From positions 1 through 51,336 of the forward strand of contig CAVTQK010000003.1 in NCBI GenBank assembly GCA_963736855.1: DNA of 51,336 nt, written 5' to 3'. Below, one piece after another: positions 42,518-51,336 of the stretch; positions within the stretch are counted from its first letter, which is position 1, and each line of letters opens with the position of its first letter. The position numbers and the translations under genes were made by a program. The DNA comes from an uncultured delta proteobacterium (GTDB taxonomy: Bacteria > Desulfobacterota > Desulfobacteria > Desulfobacterales > UBA2156). A model generated the notes under the pieces. That model made no database searches. It saw only the letters and a list, made by a program, of their open reading frames with translations, and had not been told where the DNA came from.

Positions 42518-43177
42518 ACGATAAAACAAAGATCGCCAATATCTTAAAAGAACTGAATCGGCATTACCCCCAGTCCCGGACCGCCCTCCATTTCCGGACC
42601 CCGCTGGAAATACTGATCGCCACCATCCTTTCAGCCCAATGCACCGACCAGCGGGTCAACGAAGTCACCAAGATCCTGTTTAAAAAGTATCGGACGGCCC
42701 AAGACTATGCGCAAGCCGCGCTCTCCGAACCTGGAAGCGGACATCCGCTCCACCGGCTTTTATCATAATAAGGCCAAACATATTCAGGCCTGCTGCCGGG
42801 AATTGTTGCAGAGACACCAGGGTGAAGTGCCCCGGACCATGGAGGAGCTGGTGGCCCTGCCGGGTATCGGCCGTAAAACGGCCAACGTAGTCCTGGGGAA
42901 TGCCTTCGGCATCCCGGGGATTGTGGTTGACACCCATGTGGCCCGGATTTCCCAGCGCCTGGGGCTGACCCGGGAAAAGGATCCGGTCAAGATCGAATCG
43001 GCCCTGATGCCTTTGATCCCCCGGGAGAAATGGATTGACTTTTCCCACCAGGTCATCGACCATGGCCGCAGCCTTTGCCAGGCCCGATCCCCTCAGTGCC
43101 CGGATCTGTTTTCTGCGTTCCCTGGTGCGATTATGGGACCCTGCGTTCAGGAAGAAAGGCCGGTCAGGCAAGTATGA
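42514..43177 (+). CDS. nth: Endonuclease III (frameshifted)
   Basis: LIATILSAQCTD, LPGIGRKTANVVL (HhH), VDTHV, C.ARSP.C Fe-S motif. Confidence 0.94.
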
Positions 43178-43900
43178 TCAGGGGGACAACGCTCAGGAAT
43201 TGCCCAGACCCTGGTCGAAATCAAACATTTGACCAAATCCTATTACCGGGGAAACCAGGAGATCCCGGTCCTGCAGGATATTTCCCTGACCATCCCCGAA
43301 GGGGAATTTATCGCCCTGATGGGCCCCTCCGGATCCGGCAAAACCACCCTGCTCAACCTGATTGCCGGGATCGATCAGGCCGATCAAGGGACGATCCGGG
43401 TGGCCGGCACGGACATCACGATCCTGGAAGAGATGGAACTGGCCGAGTGGCGTTCCCGCCACATCGGCTTCATTTTCCAGTTCTATAACCTGATCCCGGT
43501 CTTAACGGCTTTTGAAAATGTGGAACTGCCGTTGCTCTTGACCTCCCTTCCCAGACGGGAACGTCGCCGGCATGTGGAAACCGCCCTTCGGATCGTAGGC
43601 CTGGAGGATCGCCGGGAGCATTATCCCAAAGAGCTTTCCGGCGGACAACAGCAACGGGTCGCCATAGCCCGGGCCATCATTACCGATCCGACCATTATTG
43701 TAGCCGATGAACCCACCGGGGACCTGGATAAGGATTCGGCCCGAGATATCCTGCAATTGATGGAAGACCTGAATCAGGACTTCAAGAAAACCATTATTAT
43801 GGTCACCCACGACCCCCGGGCGGCCCGGACGGCCCATAAACTCATTTTTTTGGACAAAGGGGTTTTAAGCCCGACTGATTCTCCGGAAGACAATCCCTGA
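43174..43900 (+). CDS. ABC transporter ATP-binding protein (LolD/MacB-like)
   Basis: [46 protein letters not shown]. Confidence 0.94.
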
Positions 43901-44080
43901 TCCGAAAGGGCCTGATTATCGGCTTCCCGGGAGATAGGGAAAGACAAAGGGGTAAAAAGGTATTGACAAAAGGGTTAATTTTTTAGGATAGTTACCCTGT
44001 TTTTAGCTACCCTTCAGGTCCTTCTTCCAGGTCTTTTCCGGGCCGGGGAAGGGGCTGAGAAAGGGAAAAAGGAGGATCCA

Positions 44081-45262
44081 ATGCGAGAAGTGGTTATTGT
44101 CAGCGGAGTTCGGACGGCTATCGGCCGTTTTGGCGGAAGCCTGAAAGAGGTCAGTGATATGGACCTGGGGGCCTTGGTCATCCGGGAGGCCATCCAAAGG
44201 GCCGGTCTGACCGGAGACCAGGTGGAGGAGGTCGTTTTTGCTTCAGGGTATCGGACCGGAGAGTTGCCCATCAATTCGGCTCGGGTGGTGGCTGTAAAAG
44301 GCGGGGTGCCTATAGAAACGCCGCAATTCACCATTACCAAGGCCTGCGGCGGAAGCCTCAGGGCCGTTTCGCTGGCCTGCCAGATCATTCGATCCGGGGA
44401 AGCCGAGAGTATCCTGGCCGGGGGCATGGAATCCATGAGCCGGGCTGCCTATCTCCTTAAAAATGCCCGCTGGGGATACCGCCTGGGCCACGGGCAGCTC
44501 ATGGATCAATTGATCCTGTTTGATCCCCTCTCGGGCAATACCATGGGTGAAACGGCTGAGAACGTGGCCGTGAAATATAAGGTCTCCCGCGAGGAGCAGG
44601 ACGAACTGGCCCTTCTTAGTCAACAAAAAGCCGAAGCGGCGATCAAAGCCGGAAAATTCAAGGACGAAATCGTACCGGTGGAGATACCCCAAAAAAAGAA
44701 GGCCCCCCTGATTTTTGCTACCGATGAACATCCCCGTTTGGGAACCACCGCGGAGATGCTGGCCCAACTTCCGCCGGCCTTTAAAAAGGAAGGGACGGTG
44801 ACCGCCGGCAATTCCAGCGGCATGAATGACGGGGCTTCGGCCCTGATGGTCATGTCCCTGGATAAAGCCCAAGCCCTGGGTTTGAAACCGCTGGCCCATA
44901 TCGTAAGCTATGCCTCAGTCGGGGTGGAACCTTCCCTGATGGGGATCGGGCCGATCCCGGCTACCCGGAAGGCCTTACAAAAAGCCGGCCTGTCCATTAA
45001 GGATATGGACCTGATTGAACTGAATGAGGCCTTCGCCTCCCAGGCCGTGGTCTGTCTAAAAGAATTGGGGATGGATCCGGCCAAAGTGAATGTCAACGGC
45101 GGGGCCATTGCCCTGGGCCATCCCATATCGGCTTCCGGAGGCTGCCTGCTGGTTAAGTTGCTTTATGAAATGGGGCGCCGGGACTCAAAATATGGATTAG
45201 CCACGATGTGCATCGGCGGCGGGCAGGGTATTGCCCTGATTGTGGGGCGTAAACCGGAGTAG
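44081..45262 (+). CDS. Acetyl-CoA C-acyltransferase (thiolase)
   Basis: RTAIGRFGG, TITKACG, VTAGNSSGMNDGA, ELNEAF, GHPISASG, CIGGGQG. Confidence 0.95.
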   Translation: MREVVIVSGVRTAIGRFGGSLKEVSDMDLGALVIREAIQRAGLTGDQVEEVVFASGYRTGELPINSARVVAVKGGVPIETPQFTITKACGGSLRAVSLACQIIRSGEAESILAGGMESMSRAAYLLKNARWGYRLGHGQLMDQLILFDPLSGNTMGETAENVAVKYKVSREEQDELALLSQQKAEAAIKAGKFKDEIVPVEIPQKKKAPLIFATDEHPRLGTTAEMLAQLPPAFKKEGTVTAGNSSGMNDGASALMVMSLDKAQALGLKPLAHIVSYASVGVEPSLMGIGPIPATRKALQKAGLSIKDMDLIELNEAFASQAVVCLKELGMDPAKVNVNGGAIALGHPISASGGCLLVKLLYEMGRRDSKYGLATMCIGGGQGIALIVGRKPE

Positions 45263-45267
45263 GACCC

Positions 45268-46422
45268 ATGTTTCTCCATTTGACGGCCTCTCAACGGGAA
45301 GTCCGGGAGAAGGTCCGGAGCCTGGTGGCTTCAGCCATCACCCCCCGGGCGGTGGAGATTGATGCCCGGGATGAGTTCCCCGAAAGCAGTTACCAGGCCT
45401 TTAAGGAGGCCGGGCTGCTGAAGCTTTCCCTGCCGACGGAATTCGGAGGAAAGGAAGCCGATGCCACCACCCTCTGCCTGGTTATCGAAGAGATCTCCAA
45501 GGCCTCGGCGGCCTCGGCCCTGCTGGTCTTCCCGACCCAGGCCGTTATCCGGACCATCCGGGAGGTAGGGACCGAGGAGCAGAAAAAACGATTTTTTTCG
45601 GCCATGGCCGCCGGCGATAAGCTCTGCGGCTTCTGTCTGACGGAACCCAATTATGGGTCCGATGCCGGTTCCCTGCAGACCCGGGCCGTCCTGGAAGAAG
45701 GGACCTATATTGTAAACGGCACCAAGAGCTATATTACTCTGGGCCCCCATGCCCATTTTTATCTGGTCTTTGTCCGAACCGGTCCCGGCAAGCGGACCGC
45801 CGGTGTCAGCGCTTTGATCGTTCCCCGGGAGACCCCCGGCTTGTCCTTCGGGAAAAAGGAAAGGAAAATGGGTCTGGGCGGGTCGGTGACTTCCGAAATG
45901 TTTTTCCAGGATGCCCGCATCCCCCGGGAGAATCTCCTCTTGAAAGAAGGGGAAGGCTGGAAGGTTCTTTCCCGGCATGCCAATGTCATGCGGGTCTGGG
46001 GCGCGGCCTCACTGGCCCTGGGTATCGCCGAAGGGGCCTATGAGGCGGCCTTGAATTTTGCCAGGACCCGAACCCAGTTTAAACGGCGGATCGCCTCGTT
46101 CCAGGCCATCCGTTTCATGCTGGCCGACATGAAGATGGCCATCGAGGCCGTCAAATCCCTGATCTTCCGGACGGCGGCCCTGATCGATTCCAGGGAGGGG
46201 ACCTTTCATGACCTCGAGACCCTGGTCTCCATGTGCAAGTGTCAGGCCTCGGATGTGGCCATGCAGGTGACCATCGATGCCGTTCAAATCTTCGGCGGGG
46301 CCGGCTATCTGAAGGGATCGCCGGTGGAGCGGATGATGCGCGATGCCAAGGCCGTTCAGATCTTTGACGGGAGCAATCAGATCCAGCGGATGATTGTCTC
46401 AAAAAATATCATATTGGATTGA
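45268..46422 (+). CDS. Acyl-CoA dehydrogenase
   Basis: FCLTEPNYGSD, NGTKSYIT, RTQFKRRIASFQ, QIFGGAGY, RDAK..QIFDGSNQIQR. Confidence 0.95.
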   Translation: MFLHLTASQREVREKVRSLVASAITPRAVEIDARDEFPESSYQAFKEAGLLKLSLPTEFGGKEADATTLCLVIEEISKASAASALLVFPTQAVIRTIREVGTEEQKKRFFSAMAAGDKLCGFCLTEPNYGSDAGSLQTRAVLEEGTYIVNGTKSYITLGPHAHFYLVFVRTGPGKRTAGVSALIVPRETPGLSFGKKERKMGLGGSVTSEMFFQDARIPRENLLLKEGEGWKVLSRHANVMRVWGAASLALGIAEGAYEAALNFARTRTQFKRRIASFQAIRFMLADMKMAIEAVKSLIFRTAALIDSREGTFHDLETLVSMCKCQASDVAMQVTIDAVQIFGGAGYLKGSPVERMMRDAKAVQIFDGSNQIQRMIVSKNIILD

Positions 46423-46430
46423 CAAGCGAA

Positions 46431-46518
46431 CAGCTATCAGCGGTCAGCAAAACCATGACTGTTTTTTATGGGATGAAGGTTTAGTGCTATAGGCTTTGAG
46501 CTATCAGCTATGAGCTAA
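46431..46518. repeat. Degenerate GCTATCA/GCTATGA heptamer repeat tract
   Basis: cagctatcagcggtcagc...gctataggctttgagctatcagctatgagct; a related tract lies at 47705-47795. Confidence 0.6.
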
Positions 46519-46534
46519 TACAAGGAGGTCACTC

Positions 46535-47699
46535 ATGGACTTTGAATTATCGGAAGAACTGCAGGCCGTCCGGGACATGGTCCGGGATTTTGCGGCCGAA
46601 AAAATCGCCCCCTTTGCCGACAAGTGGGATGAGGAACATTACTTCCCCTACCAGGAGGTCATCAAACCCATGGCCGAGTTGGGCCTTTTCGGCACCGTCA
46701 TCCCGGAAGAATACGGCGGCAACAACATGGGCTGGCTGGCCACCATGATCATTACCGAAGAGATCGCCCGGGCCTCCAGTTCTTTGAGGGTTCAGATCAA
46801 TATGGAGGCCCTGGGCTGCGCCTTCACCATCTTCCGCTACGGCAGCGAAGAATTAAAAAGGAAATACATCCCCAAGCTGGTCAATGGCGAGTACCTGGGC
46901 GGCTTCGGCATCACCGAACCCAATGCCGGATCGGATGTCATGGCCCTGAAATCCCAGGCCGAGGACAAAGGGGATCATTGGCTCCTGAACGGGTCCAAGA
47001 CCTGGATCTCCAATGCCAGCATCGCCCAGGTCCTGATTTATTATGCCTTCACCGATCGTTCGGCCGGAGGCAAAGGCCTCTCCGCTTTTGTGATCGAGCC
47101 CAGGAACTTCAACGGCATTTCCACCACGGACCTGGATAAGATGGGCTCCCGTTCTTCCCCGACCGGTGAACTCTATCTGGAAGACACCCGGGTGCCCAAG
47201 GGCAATATCCTGGGAAAGCCGGGCGACGGGGCCAAGATCGTCTTCGGGTCCCTGAACCAGACCCGTCTTGTCGGCCGCTGCCGGAGGGGTCGGGTTGGCC
47301 CAGGCCTGTCTGGATTCGATTACCAAATACTGCAACGAACGGGAACAGTTCGGCAAGCCGATCGGCACCTTTCAGATGAATCAGGACCTGGTGGCCCAAC
47401 TGGTGGTTGAAATCGAGGCCGCCCGTTTGCTGGTCTATAAGGCGGCCTGGCAGAAGGACAAAGGCAACCTGAACAACAACCTGGAAGTGGCCATGGCCAA
47501 ATACCAGGCCGGCGAAGTAGCCTCCAAAGCCGCTAATTATGCCATGCGGATCCTGGGTGCCTACGGCTATTCCACGGAATATCCGGTGGCCCGGTATTAC
47601 CGCGATGCCCCGACCTATTTTATGGTGGAAGGATCGGCTAATATCTGTAAATGGATCATCGCCCAGGATCAACTGGGCATCCGGAAAGCGAATAAATAA
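46535..47699 (+). CDS. acd: Glutaryl-CoA dehydrogenase, non-decarboxylating type (frameshift ~47270)
   Basis: From recall, closely matches Desulfococcus multivorans GDH: SSLRVQINME.LGCA, GFGITEP.AGSDVMA, AFVIEPRNF, YSTEYPVAR.YRDAPTY.MVEGSANICK, LG.RKAN. Adjacent to gcdA. Confidence 0.9.
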
Positions 47700-47704
47700 T
47701 CCAG

Positions 47705-47795
47705 AAGCTGATAGCTATAGGTCAAGGGGCTATAGGCAACAGCGATAAAGAGAAATTATTTTACTATCAGCTTACAGCTTTGAGCTATTGAGCTC
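47705..47795. repeat. Heptamer repeat tract with 10-bp perfect inverted repeat
   Basis: aagctgatag (47705-47714) / ctatcagctt (47764-47773), plus gctatag and gctattga units. Confidence 0.6.
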
Positions 47796-47816
47796 ATTAT
47801 TCAGGAAGGAGAAGGC

Positions 47817-49593
47817 ATGCGATCTTATTTTGAAAAGATGGATGATCTGGGCAAACCGCTCAAACCGGCTCAGATTGAAAAAATGGCCGAAAACCGGGCC
47901 CAGATCGAAGCGGTTATGAAGGAAGTCGAGGCCGAGGTGGAGCGTGTCAAAAAGGCCGGGCTTCCGGCTGAAAAAATTCGCCAACGGGGCGAGATGACCA
48001 TTTGGGATCGAATCGAGTATCTGGTGGATCCCGGGCATTTTTGTCCCCTGCATACCTTGTACAACCCCAGGGATAATGAAGAGGGCACTACCGGTGTCAT
48101 TGACGGACTGGCCAGGATCAGCGGCAAGTGGTGCGTCCTGATCGGATTCGACAACAAGGTCATGGCCGGGGCCTGGATCGCCGGCCAGTCGGAGAATCAA
48201 CTCCGGGTGACGGACCTGGCCAAGCGGCTTCATGTACCTCTGGTCTGGCTGGTCAATTGTTCCGGCGTCAAACTGACCGAGCAGCAGGAGGTCTATGCCG
48301 ACCGCCGGGGCAACGGCACCACCTTTTTCCGTCATGCCGAATTGGAGAAATTAGGCATCCCGGTTTTGGCCGGCATCTACGGAACCAATCCGGCCGGCGG
48401 GGGTTATCAGGGCATCAGCCCGACCATCCTTTTGGCTCACAAAAACTGCAACATCGCCGTGGGCGGAGGGGGGATCGTCAGCGGCATGAGCCCCAAAGGT
48501 TTTTTTGACGAAGCCGGGGCCGAGCAGATCATTGAGGCCACGCGCCACTTTAAGCAGGTCCCTCCGGGAAGCGTCAAAATTCATTATGATTCCACGGGAT
48601 TTTTCCGGGCCGTCTTTGAAGAAGAGACCCAGGTCCTGGAGGCCTTAAAGGAATATATGGCCGAGATGCCGGCTTACCATCCCCGCTTTTTTCGGGTGGC
48701 CCAACCGGCGGAGCCCAAATATCCCCTGGCCGATCTGCCTTCCATCATGGCCTTCAACCAGAAGGCCGTTTACGACTTCGACAATTTCCTGGCCCGCCTG
48801 GTGGATGGCAGCGAGCACCTGGAGTTTCGGCCTGGTTATGGGCCCGAGGTCTATACCGGCCTGGTCAAGGTGGACGGATTCCTGATGGGGGTCATCGGCA
48901 ACCGTCAGGGATTTTTGGGGGCCAATTATCCGGAATATACCAACGAATATATCGGGATCGGCGGCAAGCTTTATCGCCAGGGCCTGATCAAGATGAACGA
49001 ATTCGTCACCCAGTGCGGGCGCGACCGGGTGCCGATCATCTGGTTTCAGGATACCTCCGGGATTGATGTGGGCGATATTGCCGAGAAAGCGGAACTGCTC
49101 GGTCTGGGGCAGTCCCTGATCTACTCCATCGAGCAGACGGATGTGCCCATGATGCTGGTGGTCTTGCGAAAAGGCACGGCTGCAGCCCATTACGTCATGG
49201 GGGGCCCCACGGCCAACAACCATAATGCCTTTACCCTGGGCACGGCCACGACCGAGATTTACGTCATGCACGGGGAGACGGCCTGCGGCGGCTTCCTTCT
49301 CCCGCAGGCTGGTAAAAGAGAAGGATTCCGGAAACCCCCTGCAGCCGGTGATCGACAAGATGAATGCCCTGGCCCAGCAGTACTATGACCAGTCCCGGCC
49401 CGTTTACTGCGCCAAGCGGGGCTTTGTGGATGAGGTGGTGCGCTACGAAGAACTGCGAAGGTATCTGGTGGCTTTTACCAACAGCGTTTATCAGAATCCC
49501 AAATCCATCTGTCCCCATCACCACCTGATGCTGCCCCGGCTGATCCGCTCCCAGGTCGTCAAGGGCCTGGAAAGGCCGAAGAAAGAGGGTTAG
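47817..49593 (+). CDS. gcdA: Glutaconyl-CoA decarboxylase alpha (carboxyltransferase) subunit; frameshift ~49285
   Basis: DNKVMAGAW, NCSGVKL, GTNPAGGGY, ISPTILLAH, GGKLYRQGLIKMNEF, AEKAELLGLGQS, KGTAAAHYV, YQNPKSICP.H. Confidence 0.95.
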
Positions 49594-49628
49594 GGTTTGG
49601 GCATCAATTCAAAGAATGATTAAAAGGG

Positions 49629-49665
49629 AAAAGCCCGGGCCAGGGGTTCTTAGTCCGGGCTTTTT
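49629..49665 (+). terminator. Rho-independent terminator after gcdA
   Basis: aaaagcccgg...ccgggcttttt. Confidence 0.8.
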
Positions 49666-49757
49666 CAGTTGGGGGGATGTTTTTATGAGAAAGGCTCTCC
49701 CGTCTTGGAGGATGGCGGTTTGGTTTTCCAGAAAATGACCGGAAGGGGAAGAAAAAA

Positions 49758-50966
49758 ATGAAAGAAAACCAGGCTGAAATCATCGCCATCGGGTCGGAAC
49801 TGCTGCTGGGCCGGATCGTGGATACCAACACCTCCTATCTGGCCTCCAAATTGAGTGAAATCGGGATCGAGGTCATCTTCCAAACCATGGTCGGAGACGA
49901 TCGAAAGCGAATGCGCTCCGTTCTCCGTCAAGCCCTGAAACGCTCGAGCATTATTATCACCAGCGGAGGCATCGGCCCCACCGAAGACGATTTGACGCGG
50001 GAAGTGATTTCCGAGGTAACCGGAAAAAAACTGATCTTTCACCCCAGATTGTTTGCCCTCATCAAAAGCTTTTTCGACCAGGCCGGTTTTATGATGGCCC
50101 CCAATAATCGGAAACAGGCCCTCATTCCGGCCGGTGCACGAACGATTCCCAACCTTCAGGGAACGGCCCCCGGCTTTATTTTGAAAACCGAACCGGGGCC
50201 TATCATTGCCGCCCTGCCCGGAGTCCCCCGGGAATTGAAACGCATGTTTGTGGATACGGTTCAACCCTTTTTGAGCCAGGCCCTGGGCCGGAAGAGGGGT
50301 CTGATTGAAACCAAGGTATTAAAACTCTGCGGCCTGGGCGAAAGCCGGGTGGATGAGCAGATCGGGGATCTGATTCGGAGCAGCCAAAACCCGGTTATCG
50401 GGCTGTTGTCATCCCCGGGAGAAATCCGGATCTCCTTGACGGCCCGAGGGAAGGACCCCCAGGAAACATCGTCTCTGATTGCTGGGATGGAAGCACAGAT
50501 CCGGCAGCGTTTGGGTTCATTGATCTTCGGGGAGGGAGAAGAAACCCTGGAAGGGGTGGTAGCCGGACTGTTGGAGAACAAAAAAGGATCCATCTGGGAT
50601 TAGTGGAAACCTTCACGGCCGGCCGGATCAGCCAGGGCTTCCAACCGAGGAGACCGTTTTTTTAAAGGAGGCTGGGTGATTCCTCAGGAAGAAGACCGGC
50701 CTCTTGATCCCTCCCGGTTGTAGGGGAGGAAAAGGCCTTAACTCAGGCCCGGGAGATCCGCTCTTTTCTCAAAAGCGATTGGGGATTGGCTGTTTTGGTG
50801 GAAGAAGTGGAAGGTCGACCAGGTGCTTTACCTGGGCCTGGCCGGAACAAAGGAAGAAAGCTATTCTCATAAAATTGGCGGATTCTCCGATACCCTGCCC
50901 GATCGGGTGGCGGTCATGGCCCTGGACTGGCTGCGGAAGAGACTGGTTGAAGAGGGAAAAAAGTGA
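49758..50966 (+). CDS. cinA: CinA family protein (molybdopterin-binding domain + degenerate PncC-like domain); frameshifted 3' part
   Basis: EIIAIGSELLLG.IVDTN, GGIGPTEDDLTRE, GTAPG, LPGVPRE, GLGES; 3' frames read LGLVETFTAG...ALDWLRKRL. Confidence 0.88.
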
Positions 50967-50994
50967 CGGAAGCCGGGAACCAGGCCAAAGAACC

Positions 50995-51057
50995 TGGATT
51001 CCCGTTTTCACGGGAATGACGTAATCGGGCTTTCGACGACTTTTTGCGAAACCATCA
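50995..51057. repeat. dRS3-like palindromic element (ATTCCC-N8-GGGAAT) followed by a possible MITE-end motif
   Basis: ctggattccc-gttttcac-gggaatgac, then gactttttgcgaaaccatca. Confidence 0.6.
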
Positions 51058-51105
51058 CGAGTGACGCATGAAAGTATTGGAAAAACAGATTAGAGGAGTT
51101 AACCC

Positions 51106-51273
51106 ATGTCCCCTGCGATAAAATTTTTGATCCGGGCCGTTTTAAGTCTGGGTTTGGCCATTATTATGAGTCGCCTATTTTTTCAACGAACCTCTTACTC
51201 CTGGATTATCGGCTTGGCCGTCTTTTTTATGGGCATGGGTTACCTGTTGGAATATATCCGGAAGCGCGGCTGA
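51106..51273 (+). CDS. 55-aa two-TM hypothetical membrane protein
   Basis: GAGGAG RBS; MSPAIKFLIRAVLSLGLAIIMSRLFFQRTSYSWIIGLAVFFMGMGYLLEYIRKRG*. Confidence 0.7.
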   Translation: MSPAIKFLIRAVLSLGLAIIMSRLFFQRTSYSWIIGLAVFFMGMGYLLEYIRKRG

Positions 51274-51336
51274 TCTGAACCAAAAATAGATTCACCGCAA
51301 CTGCGCAAAGGAGGCCCCGTTATAAGTTCTCGTTTG

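Noticed and set aside
1..51336. tRNA, rRNA, transposase, integrase or prophage genes
   Set aside because: No cloverleaf or rRNA signatures and no DDE or recombinase motifs recognised by eye.

Overview
Bacterial DNA from an anaerobe, most consistent with Desulfobacterota/deltaproteobacteria. Many genes are broken by 1-2 nt indels that look like uncorrected long-read errors, so gene limits below are stitched across frames. The window behaves as at least two unrelated segments joined at ~21,932, where a 5'-truncated tctA abuts a 3'-truncated ileS. Segment 1 (1-21.9 kb) is a catabolic island with no regulator gene. It holds two convergent Fe-alcohol dehydrogenase + tungsten aldehyde:ferredoxin oxidoreductase modules, TRAP, Na+/solute and TTT transporters, MmgE/PrpD, an amidohydrolase-fold protein, an Fe-S flavoenzyme, a fused Fe-S hydro-lyase, a lactonase-like MBL and an HMG-aldolase-type RraA protein. 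Segment 2 carries housekeeping and accessory genes: ileS fragment, vapBC, RNase D, wrbA, a methyltransferase with a hidden Tat signal, MaoC, beta-helix surface proteins (one with ~669-bp near-identical tandem repeats and a C-terminal YLP motif), a radical SAM fusion, beta-CASP, LOG, polX, nth, and a thiolase/acyl-CoA dehydrogenase/non-decarboxylating glutaryl-CoA dehydrogenase/gcdA operon followed by cinA. No rRNA, tRNA, CRISPR array, transposase or integrase was seen.
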